Assembly (NCBI GenBank): GCA_002269645.1
Contig: NIVC01001243.1
Span: 1 to 51,333 of the forward strand
Source: Macrostomum lignano
Taxonomy: Eukaryota
Direction of reading: 5' to 3'
Length of the DNA: 51,333 nucleotides
This document shows positions 38,301-49,551 of the stretch, piece after piece; position 1 is the first letter of the stretch, and each line of letters begins with the position of its first letter. The position numbers were made by a program, and so were the translations under genes. Under the pieces are notes generated by a model. That model did no database searches. It saw nothing but the letters and a program-made list of their open reading frames with translations, and had not been told where the DNA came from.

Positions 38301-41238
38301 ACAGAAGCAGTTAGAGAGGCGCCCTTGATCCAAGTAGATTGATAGACAGAAGCAGTTAGAGAGGCGCCCTTCATACATGTAGATTGATGGACAGAAGCAG
38401 TTAGAGAGGCGCCCTTGATCCAAGTAGATTGATAGACAGAAGCAGTTAGAGAGGCGCCCTTCATACAAGTAGATTGATGGACAGAAGCAGTTAGAGAGGC
38501 GCCCTTCATACATGTAGATTGATGGACAGAAGCAGTTAGAGAGGCGCCCTTGATCCAAGTAGATTGATAGACAGAAGCAGTTAGAGAGGCGCCCTTGATC
38601 CAAGTAGATTGATAGACAGAAGCAGTTAGAGAGGCGCCCTTGATCCAAGTAGATTGATAGACAGAAGCAGTTAGAGAGGCGCCCTTGATCCAAGTAGATT
38701 GATAGACAGAAGCAGTTAGAGAGGCGCCCTTCATACATGTAGATTGATGGACAGATGCAGTTAGAGAGGCGCCCTTCATACATGTAGATTGATGGACAGA
38801 AGCAGTTAGAGAGGCGCCCTTGATCCAAGTAGATTGATAGACAGAAGCAGTTAGAGAGGCGCCCTTGATCCAAGTAGATTGATAGACAGAAGCAGTTAGA
38901 GAGGCGCCCTTGATCCAAGTAGATTGATAGACAGAAGCAGTTAGAGAGGCGCCCTTCATACATGTAGATTGATGGACAGAAGCAGTTAGAGAGGCGCCCT
39001 TCATACATGTAGATTGATGGACAGAAGCAGTTAGAGAGGCGCCCTTCATACATGTAGATTGATGGACAGAAGCAGTTAGAGAGGCGCCTTTCATACATGT
39101 AGATTGATGGACAGAAGCAGTTAGAGAGGCGCCCTTCATACATGTAGATTGATGGACAGAAGCAGTTAGAGAGGCGCCCTTCATACATGTAGATTGATGG
39201 ACAGAAGCAGTTAGAGAGGCGCCCTTCATACATGTAGATTGATAGACAGAAGCAGTTAGAGAGGCGCCCTTGATCCAAGTAGATTGATAGACAGAAGCAG
39301 TTAGAGAGGCGCCCTTGATCCAAGTAGATTGATAGACAGAAGCAGTTAGAGAGGCGCCCTTCATACAAGTAGATTGATGGACAGAATTCGCAGTTAGAGA
39401 GGCGCCCTTCATACATGTAGATTGATGGACAGAAGCAGTTAGAGAGGCGCCCTTGATCCAAGTAGATTGATAGACAGAAGCAGTTAGAGAGGCGCCCTTG
39501 ATCCAAGTAGATTGATAGACAGAAGCAGTTAGAGAGGCGCCCTTCATACATGTAGATTGATGGACAGAAGCAGTTAGAGAGGCGCCCTTCATACATGTAG
39601 ATTGATGGACAGAAGCAGTTAGAGAGGCGCCCTTCATACATGTAGATTGATGGACAGAAGCAGTTAGAGAGGCGCCTTTCATACATGTAGATTGATGGAC
39701 AGAAGCAGTTAGAGAGGCGCCCTTGATCCAAGTAGATTGATAGACAGAAGCAGTTAGAGAGGCGCCCTTGATCCAAGTAGATTGATAGACAGAAGCAGTT
39801 AGAGAGGCGCCCTTCATACATGTAGATTGATGGACAGAAGCAGTTAGAGAGGCGCCCTTCATACATGTAGATTGATGGACAGAAGCAGTTAGAGAGGCGC
39901 CCTTGATCCAAGTAGATTGATAGACAGAAGCAGTTAGAGAGGCGCCCTTCATACATGTAGATTGATGGACAGAAGCAGTTAGAGAGGCACCCTTCATACA
40001 TGTAGATTGATGGACAGAAGCAGTTAGAGAGGCGCCCTTCATACATGTAGATTGATGGACAGAAGCAGTTAGAGAGGCGCCCTTCATACATGTAGATTGA
40101 TGGACAGAAGCAGTTAGAGAGGCGCCATTCATACATGTAGATTGATAGACAGAAGCAGTTAGAGAGGCGCCCTTGATCCAAGTAGATTGATAGACAGAAG
40201 CAGTTAGAGAGGCGCCCTTGATCCAAGTAGATTGATAGACAGAAGCAGTTAGAGAGGCGCCCTTCATACAAGTAGATTGATGGACAGAATTCGCAGTTAG
40301 AGAGGCGCCCTTCATACATGTAGATTGATGGACAGAAGCAGTTAGAGAGGCGCCATTCATACATGTAGATTGATAGACAGAAGCAGTTAGAGAGGCGCCC
40401 TTGATCCAAGTAGATTGATAGACAGAAGCAGTTAGAGAGGCGCCCTTCATACATGTAGATTGATGGACAGAAGCAGTTAGAGAGGCGCCCTTGATCCAAG
40501 TAGATTGATAGACAGAAGCAGTTAGAGAGGCGCCCTTGATCCAAGTAGATTGATAGACAGAAGCAGTTAGAGAGGCGCCCTTCATACAAGTAGATTGATG
40601 GACAGAATTCGCAGTTAGAGAGGCGCCCTTCATACATGTAGATTGATGGACAGAAGCAGTTAGAGAGGCGCCCTTGATCCAAGTAGATTGATAGACAGAA
40701 GCAGTTAGAGAGGCGCCCTTGATCCAAGTAGATTGATAGACAGAAGCAGTTAGAGAGGCGCCCTTGATCCAAGTAGATTGATAGACAGAAGCAGTTAGAG
40801 AGGCGCCCTTCATACATGTAGATTGATGGACAGATGCAGTTAGAGAGGCGCCCTTCATACATGTAGATTGATGGACAGAAGCAGTTAGAGAGGCGCCCTT
40901 GATCCAAGTAGATTGATAGACAGAAGCAGTTAGAGAGGCGCCCTTGATCCAAGTAGATTGATAGACAGAAGCAGTTAGAGAGGCACCCTTGATCCAAGTA
41001 GATTGATAGACAGAAGCAGTTAGAGAGGCGCCCTTGATCCAAGTAGATTGATAGACAGAAGCAGTTAGAGAGGCACCCTTGATCCAAGTAGATTGATAGA
41101 CAGAAGCAGTTAGAGAGGCACCCTTGATCCAAGTAGATTGATAGACAGAAGCAGTTAGAGAGGCGCCCTTGATCCAAGTAGATTGATAGACAGAAGCAGT
41201 TAGAGAGGCACCCTTGATCCAAGTAGATTGATAGACAG
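32338..41238. repeat. 45-bp satellite (AGAGGCGCCCTTCATACATGTAGATTGATGGACAGAAGCAGTTAG), ~197 copies, with 48-bp and B-type variants
   Basis: Direct periodicity; source of the 589-1685 aa MYEGRLSNCFCPSIY and STCMKGASLTASVHQ ORFs. Confidence 0.97.
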
Positions 41239-41684
41239 ACTCCCTGTAAGCCTGTTTTTTGAAAATTGAATGGAAAATAGGTTTGATATTATTGTAAAAG
41301 TTTAATGTACTTTACCTTAAAAGCTGGTTGTCAATTGATAGGCGTTACTCAAGAGCTTTACTACAGCTAGATATATTTCCAAAATGGCCTAAATGATAAC
41401 AAGACTTGGATAAATACTCAGGGCCTAGCCTTCTTAGAGCTAGCCTATGCCTAGTTTTAAAGCTGGCCTGTAGTGAGGAAATACTAGGCCTACCAATGTA
41501 AGAGTCAGCCTACTTGAGCTGTGGGATTTCAAACCAGCCAATAGGAACCAGACAGCGAATTTTTACTCTTGGATGACTAACGCGAATTCTCACATTCACA
41601 TGCCACAGCCAGGCTCCATATCCTTATTTTTGCGCAGAACTAGGACCATTGCGCGTACGTCGGCCTAGGCCTCATCAATACAAC

Positions 41685-41959
41685 CAGTGGCGGCGCCAAG
41701 TTGGGGGCAGAGAGGGCTGCTGCCCCCGGGTGACCACCCTCCTAAGACCACCCTACCATCCTTCCGTGGGGTGACCCACCATTAGTTTTTTAGCGCTCGT
41801 TGTATGCGTTTTTGTGAGATTATAGCGTATACTCTAATTTTAAAAATTCGCTGAGGGAGGGGTTTGAAAACCCAACCACCGCCCCTCCCCCTTAATCCAC
41901 AGAATTTACCTTAATCAGCATCGCCGCCACTGCGCACCGCCAAGGCTGCACCGCCACTA
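41685..41959. mobile_element. hAT-type MITE
   Basis: Ends CAGTGGCGG ... CCGCCACTA; near-perfect 8-bp TSD AATACAAC (41677-41684) / AATAGAAC (41960-41967). Confidence 0.65.
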
Positions 41960-42282
41960 AATAGAACCAACATTAATGGGCATATCGAAAGAAAATATAC
42001 ATTTGGCCTATCGGAAATTTCAGTCACTAGGGCCTAAAGCAAAACGTAGGCCTATAGTACTCGTATAGGCCTAAAACACCTTGTTTAAAGATTAGTAATT
42101 GAAGATACATATCTACATAACTTAATAAACTCTAATTTGTACCTAAACTCCTAATTTTCTCCGAGAACTCATCCTAGATTTATGGCTATCAATTACTAAC
42201 TACCGTAATTAGCCCTAATTGGTTGTTCTGGTCAATTACGCGAAAGAGCGAAAGAGCGAAATGGTTTCTGTATTTTAAAGTT

Positions 42283-44510
42283 AAAATGCTGAGCTAGGCC
42301 AAACTCAGCTCATTCTGAATTCATGATAGACTCAGGTGCTGGGATACACAGAGACAGTTAGAGAAGGAATCAGCCGGTTTGATGAAGATTATAGCGGCTC
42401 TCAAGTCCTCTCTGTGTTTGAGTGAAAATGCTGAGCTAGGCCAAACTCAGCTCATTCTGAATTCATGATAGACTCAGGTGCTGGGATACACAGAGACAGT
42501 TAGAGAAGGAATCAGCCGGTTTGATGAAGATTATAGCGGCTCTCAAGTCCTCTCTGTGTTTGAGTGAAAATGCTGAGCTAGGCCAAACTCAGCTCATTCT
42601 GAATTCATGATAGACTCAGGTGCTGGGATACACAGAGACAGTTAGAGAAGGAATCAGCCGGTTTGATGAAGATTATAGCGGCTCTCAAGTCCTCTGTGTT
42701 TGAGTGAAAATGCTGAGCTAGGCCAAACTCAGCTCATTCTGAATTCATGATAGACTCAGGTGCTGGGACACACAGAGACAGTTAGAGAAGGAATCAGCCG
42801 GTTTGATGAAGATTATAGCGGCTCTCAAGTCCTCTCTGTGTTTGAGTGAAAATGCTGAGCTAGGCCAAACTCAGCTCATTCTGAATTCATGATAGACTCA
42901 GGTGCTGGGATACACAGAGACAGTTAGAGAAGGAATCAGCCGGTTTGATGAAGATTATAGCGGCTCTCAAGTCCTCTCTGTGTTTGAGTGAAAATGCTGA
43001 GCTAGGCCAAACTCAGCTCATTCTGAATTCATGATAGACTCAGGTGCTGGGATACACAGAGACAGTTAGAGAAGGAATCAGCCGGTTTGATGAAGATTAT
43101 AGCGGCTCTCAAGTCCTCTCTGTGTTTGAGTGAAAATGCTGAGCTAGGCCAAACTCAGCTCATTCTGAATTCATGATAGACTCAGGTGCTGGGATACACA
43201 GAGACAGTTAGAGAAGGAATCAGCCGGTTTGATGAAGATTATAGCGGCTCTCAAGTCCTCTCTGTGTTTGAGTGAAAATGCTGAGCTAGGCCAAACTCAG
43301 CTCATTCTGAATTCATGATAGACTCAGGTGCTGGGATACACAGAGACAGTTAGAGAAGGAATCAGCCGGTTTGATGAAGATTATAGCGGCTCTCAAGTCC
43401 TCTCTGTGTTTGAGTGAAAATGCTGAGCTAGGCCAAACTCAGCTCATTCTGAATTCATGATAGACTCAGGTGCTGGGATACACAGAGACAGTTAGAGAAG
43501 GAATCAGCCGGTTTGATGAAGATTATAGCGGCTCTCAAGTCCTCTCTGTGTTTGAGTGAAAATGCTGAGCTAGGCCAAACTCAGCTCATTCTGAATTCAT
43601 GATAGACTCAGGTGCTGGGATACACAGAGACAGTTAGAGAAGGAATCAGCCGGTTTGATGAAGATTATAGCGGCTCTCAAGTCCTCTCTGTGTTTGAGTG
43701 AAAATGCTGAGCTAGGCCAAACTCAGCTCATTCTGAATTCATGATAGACTCAGGTGCTGGGATACACAGAGACAGTTAGAGAAGGAATCAGCCGGTTTGA
43801 TGAAGATTATAGCGGCTCTCAAGTCCTCTCTGTGTTTGAGTGAAAATGCTGAGCTAGGCCAAACTCAGCTCATTCTGAATTCATGATAGACTCAGGTGCT
43901 GGGATACACAGAGACAGTTAGAGAAGGAATCAGCCGGTTTGATGAAGATTATAGCGGCTCTCAAGTCCTCTCTGTGTTTGAGTGAAAATGCTGAGCTAGG
44001 CCAAACTCAGCTCATTCTGAATTCATGATAGACTCAGGTGCTGGGATACACAGAGACAGTTAGAGAAGGAATCAGCCGGTTTGATGAAGATTATAGCGGC
44101 TCTCAAGTCCTCTGTGTTTGAGTGAAAATGCTGAGCTAGGCCAAACTCAGCTCATTCTGAATTCATGATAGACTCAGGTGCTGGGACACACAGAGACAGT
44201 TAGAGAAGGAATCAGCCGGTTTGATGAAGATTATAGCGGCTCTCAAGTCCTCTGTGTGTTTGAGTGAAAATGCTGAGCTAGGCCAAACTCAGCTCATTCT
44301 GAATTCATGATAGACTCAGGTGCTGGGATACACAGAGACAGTTAGAGAAGGAATCAGCCGGTTTGATGAAGATTATAGCGGCTCTCAAGTCCTCTGTGTT
44401 TGAGTGAAAATGCTGAGCTAGGCCAAACTCAGCTCATTCTGAATTCATGATAGACTCAGGTGCTGGGATACACAGAGACAGTTAGAGAAGGAATCAGCCG
44501 GTTTGATGAA
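42283..44510. repeat. 142-bp satellite, ~15.7 near-identical copies
   Basis: AAAATGCTGAGC at 42283 and 42425 onward; a few copies lack one CT (140 bp). Confidence 0.97.
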
Positions 44511-45267
44511 GAGACTAGCTAGCTATAGCTTTTATATACTCAAAGGTGCTTTTGGGTCCAATCTAATCACTTTGACCTTAGCTTATCTAAAATCTTACCT
44601 AAGAGGGCCCCACAAAAAGTAGGCAAACTTTTACGCAAACAAAAAGTATGAAATCTTTCAGTCCTTTTACGAATTGATGAGTGGCCGAAGCTGCCTTGGG
44701 CAATTCCATCTTCACACCCGTGCCAAAACATAGACAACGTGTGCGAATTGAGCCGATTTTCGAGTTACTTTTTACTCGTAGGTGCGAAAAATTGGGTGAC
44801 AGACGGTTTGCGATAAGGGCTGTGTCTATTAATTCATTTTTACTGGGAACCGAATTTAAATTCGCACATTTTAAGTCCGTAGGATTAGGCTCAAATTCTA
44901 AGCACGATTTTTCGCACCCAATAGTCAAGTATTGGTCTATTGTCTAGAATCCCAGACCCTGGGCCTTTTCTGAGGCAATAGGCGGCATGATCCACCTATC
45001 CTTATCTCTGACTATCGACTGTTTTGCAAAATTCGGTTTGTTTTCGCACTTCGTGGTGAGCCTGGAACCAATTCGCGCACATTTTAGACATGATGGGCCT
45101 AACGAAGCGCCAGAAGCATTATGTCATAACTTCACGCCCTTTCCACGAAGTAAATAAATGATATGGCCTAAATAGCGACCGCAATGAAGCGAGAGAGATA
45201 AATCCATGCTTTGCATGCAGCATCCCGTTCATACTCCTGTTGCTCAATTTTGATATTTATTTTTAGA

Positions 45268-46465
45268 AGGAGCAGATGGAAAGAAAAAAGCAGATGGAGA
45301 GGAAGAGGCGGATGCAGAGGAAGGGCGGATGCAGAGGAAGGGATGGATGAAGAGGAAGGGATGGAATCAGAGGAAGGGCAGATGCAGAGGAAGGGGCGGA
45401 TGCAGAGGAAGGGCGGATGCAGAGGAAGGGCGGGTGTAGAGGAAGGGGCAGATGCAGAGAAGGGCGGATGCAGAGGAAGGGGCGGATGCAGAGGAAGGGC
45501 GGATGCAGAGGAAGGGCGGGTGTAGAGGAAGGGGCAGATGCAGAGGAAGGGCGGATGCAGAGGAAGGGGCGGATGCAGAGGAAGGGCGGATGCAGAGGAA
45601 GGGCGGATGCAGAGGAAGGGATGGATGAAGAGGAAGGGATGGAATCAGAGGAAGGGATGGAATCAGAGGAAGGGCGGATGCAGAGGAAGGGCGGATGCAG
45701 AGGAAGGGATGGAATCAGAGGAAGGGATGGAATCAGAGGAAGGGCGGATGCAGAGGAAGGGGCGGGTGCAGAGGAAGGGGCGGATGCAGAGGAAGGGGCG
45801 GATGCAGAGGAAGGGCGGATGCAGAGGAAGGGCGGATGCAGAGGAAGGGCGGGTGTAGAGGAAGGGGCAGATGCAGAGGAAGGGCGGATGCAGAGGAAGG
45901 GGCGGATGCAGAGGAAGGCGGATGCAGAGGAAGGGCGGGTGTAGAGGAAGGGGCAGATGCAGAGGAAGGGATGCATGCAGAGGAAGGGCGGATGCAGAGG
46001 AAGGGCGGATGCAGAGGAAGGGGCAGATGCAGAGGAAGGGATGCATGCAGAGGAAGGGCGGATGCAGAGGAAGGGATGGAATCAGAGGAAGGGCAGATGC
46101 AGAGGAAGGGCGGGTGTAAAGGAAGGGGCGGATGCAGAGGAAGGGGCGGATGCAGAGGAAGGGCGGATGCAGAGGAAGGCGGATGCAGAGGAAGGGCGGA
46201 TGCAGAGGAAGGGCGGGTGTAGAGGAAGGGGCGGATGCAGAGGAAGGGATGCATGCAGAGGAAGGCGGATGCAGAGGAAGGGATGCATGCAGAGGAAGGG
46301 CGGATGCAGAGGAAGGGATGGAATCAGAGGAAGGGCAGATGCAGAGGAAGGGCGGGTGTAGAGGAAGGGGCGGATGCAGAGGAAGGGCAGATGCAGAGGA
46401 AGGGCGGATGCAGAGGAAGGGCAGATGCAGAGGAAGGGCGGATGCAGAGGAAGGGGCGGATGGAA
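45268..46465. repeat. 17-19-bp purine-rich minisatellite (GGCGGATGCAGAGGAAGG), ~65 copies
   Basis: Direct; source of ADAEEG/MQRKGG/HPFLC pseudo-ORFs. Confidence 0.95.
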
Positions 46466-47009
46466 AAGGAGTGGATAGGGAGAAAGGATCCGCTGGCTTA
46501 TTCTAGTCCCAGTGTCAGCAGATTTAAGCATAAAAAATCCTTTGGCTGATCCAGAATTTGGGATTCCAACTGTAAATAAAAAAGCGCTACATATAGATGT
46601 GGCCAGAGTGAGAGATGGATAATTCCCATCTAAAGTTCTTGCATCCAGATTTCAAAAACTGAACGACGAGGAGAAAATTTGGCCTACGCAGACATGACCA
46701 GTTTTCCTCGTGCTGTCATTGGTTAGCCGAATTCCTTGCGCAGTCATGAGGATTGGCTGTTTCTGTTTGCTTTCCTGCGGCACCAATCAACTTTCCAACG
46801 TCCATTCATGCGTTTAAAATATTTGAATCAGGTTAAAAACCAATTGGCCCTAGCTACGTTAGACATTTGATTTTCAAGGCTCATCAATATCAACTGACAT
46901 CTGCAACATCGTTTCGAGATCGGACATCCGGATTACTGCTGCCTTCGCGAAACGCTTAAAAATTTTGCTTCTAATTATTGACTTTGTATTCATAGTCTAC
47001 GTTAACGGC

Positions 47010-47692
47010 CTCTCTATCTCTCCATCAGCCGCCGTCTACTCTCTATCAGCCGCCCGTCTCCTCTCTATCAGCCGCCCGTCTCCTCTCTATCAGCCGCCCG
47101 TCTCCTCTCTATCAGCTGCCTGTCTCCTCTCTATCAGCCGCCCGTCTCCTCTCTATCAGCCGCTTGTCTATCTCCTCTCTATAAGCTGCCTGTCTCCTCT
47201 CTATCAGCCGCCCGTCTCCTCTCTATCAGCCGCTTGTCTATCTCCTCTCTATAAGCTGCCTGTCTGTCTCCTCTCTATCAGCCGCCCGTCTCCTCTCTAT
47301 CAGCCGCCCGTCTCCTTTCTATCAGCCGCTTGTCTATCTCCTCTCTATCAGCTTTCTGTCTCCTCTCTATCAGCCGCCCGTCTCCTCTCTATCAGCCGCT
47401 TGTCTATCTCCTCTCTATCAGCGGCTTGTCTCCTCTCTATCAGCCGCCTGCCTGTCTCCTCTTTATCAGCTTTCTGTCTATCTCCACTCTATCAGCCGCC
47501 CGTCTCCCCTCTATCAGCCACCCGTCTCCTCTCTATCAGCCGCCCGTCTCCTCTCTATCAGCCGCCCGTCTCCTCTCTATCAGCCGCCCGTCTCCTCTCT
47601 ATCAGCCGCCTGCCTGTCTCCTCTCTATCAGCTGCCTGTCTATCTCCTCTCTATCAGCTGCCTGTCTATCTCCTCTCTATCAGCTCTCTATC
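47010..47692. repeat. 22-26-bp pyrimidine-rich minisatellite (TCTCCTCTCTATCAGCCGCCCG), ~29 copies
   Basis: Direct. Confidence 0.93.
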
Positions 47693-48537
47693 AGATTTTG
47701 AATATTTATTGCGAGCTTTTTCTTTCTTGTCTTTGCAAAAATCTACATGTATACAAGGCTGGGGTAAACAGATGAAGCCAATGAGCCTATGGTTTTGGCG
47801 GTCCACCTTGTTGCAGTGATTGCAGTTTGAGAACGAGGTGATGGTTTTCTGGAAAATTTTAAGAATCCACAGCATTTTTTCTTCACATCTTGCATGCGAC
47901 TACTTGAAGTAAAAATTTACGAGTATGATGAGAAAAAATAATATAAAATTACAAGAACTTGTTGCAAAAAAAATCGTTTTTTTACAATTTTTACTTTTCT
48001 TTATTCTTCTTCCTTAAGTTTTGAAAAATATTAACTATATGATAAAAAAAGGTTAAAAGTATACTAGAGGTACTTTTTCTTTCAAAAACAAGGTAATAAT
48101 GCCAAATAAATGCTTATGTTGAAAGCTGAAACATTAGTAGGTCCTTCAGAAGAACTCCGAAATGGCAAAGTATCAGCTCTGCTTTAAAGAACTTGTGTTT
48201 TTTTAAAATTCTTTAATGCTTTTCCGATTTGACTGTCTAAATAAGTAGAAAAATATGGCTTTTTATCAATTTAGCATGAAAGAGTTTAAAGAAATGGCAA
48301 AAAGGTAAAAATCACGATTTTTCATTCAATGGGGGTACTCTATTCAAATGCAGATAAACAATATTTTTCTACATTTATCTAAGCGAAAGTTATACTTTTT
48401 AGAAAGAGTATGTAATCTTTACATGAATATAATTATTAGAAAAAACGAACGAGAAATAAAAAGTTATTAGTGTCAAACACAAAAACCGAAACGTCAGATA
48501 CTGTTCGGTTTGAAGATACCCTAGAATCATCGTTCGG

Positions 48538-48830
48538 TTGAGATAAAATCATCAATAACTTTTTTTCTACTTGTGCAATAAAGTAAAGCAAACATTCATT
48601 TGAAAGAAAAAATGTTTTAAACAACTTCGGAGTTTTCATTTTATTACACATTAAACTTTTTTTGCTATCTATGAGAGAATGTTTGAGATAAAATCATCAA
48701 TAACTTTTTTTCTACTTGTGCAATAAAGTAAAGCAAACATTCATTTGAAAGAAAAAAATGTTTTAAACAACTTCGGAGTAGTTTCATTTTATTACACATT
48801 AAACTTTTTTTGCTATCTATGAGAGAATGT
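48538..48830. repeat. ~145-bp tandem duplication just inside the right TIR
   Basis: TTGAGATAAAATC...GAGAGAATGT at 48538-48682 and 48683-48830. Confidence 0.9.
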
Positions 48831-49420
48831 CGAAAAATGACACTTTCATGTTCGGTTGATGAGATCTTACCCTATGTTGTATAATTATAGAGTGTAACAT
48901 TATAAGATAGTTAAAGTTATTAAAATACATTATTATAGCTTTTCTATCATTTTCATTAGACTCATTTTAGGTCGTAATTAAACTTACCGTTTTAACAAAT
49001 CATTTTATTAAAAATAAAGCTATACAAAAATAATTTGTGCTTTAATAGACTTTTTTACCTTTTAAAAACTTGAATAAATTTATTTTATAGCTTTATTGCT
49101 TTCAAATTGCCAAAAAAACGAATTTTCATAAAACTTGCCCCTGATTTTTGGATTTCACCATTATCAATGAAAATGGTAACATACAATTATTGTAAAAAGA
49201 TTTATATTTTTTACTTGACAAATTTCAAAAGCAAGATGTCTTTTTATCCAGGCAAATAAATTTTATCAAATACAGTTAAAAAGTACTAATAAAATAACTA
49301 GGCCTATCAAAATCTCACTGGGCTGGAGTCCCTACTTATGGTTATACTCAACTTAAATGGGAATAAAGATTACATACTACCATCTAATATACTAAATACA
49401 GACATACTAAATTTACTTAC

Positions 49421-49551
49421 CCCCATATAATGTAATTAGTCTTTGTACTCTTAGGATAGGCAAAGTCTCCAAAGATAACTTCATCATCTTTTTCTACTAT
49501 TTCTTTATTTTTTATAGTGTAGTCTCGAATTATTGAAAGAACATCAGCCAT
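49421..49551 (-). CDS. CDC73: Parafibromin exon 1 ([44 protein letters not shown])
   Basis: Hand-translated; canonical CDC73 N-terminus; 131 nt ending TGG GG|GTAAGT, phase 2, matching the phase-2 acceptor of exon 2. Not in the ORF track. Confidence 0.92.

Larger units (their letters stand above)
31197..48872. mobile_element. Putative giant (17.7 kb) non-autonomous TIR DNA transposon with TA flanks, carrying four satellite arrays
   Basis: GGGTAAGATCTCATCAACCGAACA at 31197-31220 and its exact reverse complement at 48849-48872, each flanked by TA; mirrored subterminal CAACCGAAC..ATCTTCAAAACCGAAC motifs; no transposase seen. Confidence 0.55.

Noticed and set aside
32226-41222. 589-1685 aa ORFs as real giant Cys-rich proteins
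   Set aside because: They are translations of a 45-bp satellite in two frames that swap at -1 indels. The same deletion (GAGAGCGCCC) occurs at ~32520 and ~34023, so it was propagated; there is no unique N- or C-terminal domain; the region lies in a CDC73 intron.
41316-41389. Minus-strand segment with AG and GT boundaries as an extra CDC73 exon
   Set aside because: Stops in all three frames; no CDC73 similarity.
32338-44510. CRISPR array interpretation of the 45- and 142-bp repeats
   Set aside because: No unique spacers, no cas genes, eukaryotic intron context.
45211-47819. Many ORFs over the 18- and 22-bp arrays
   Set aside because: Low-complexity repeat translations with frequent frame changes.
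47666-47875. Small CxxC-containing ORF
   Set aside because: 69 aa running into a repeat; no family recognisable; likely chance.
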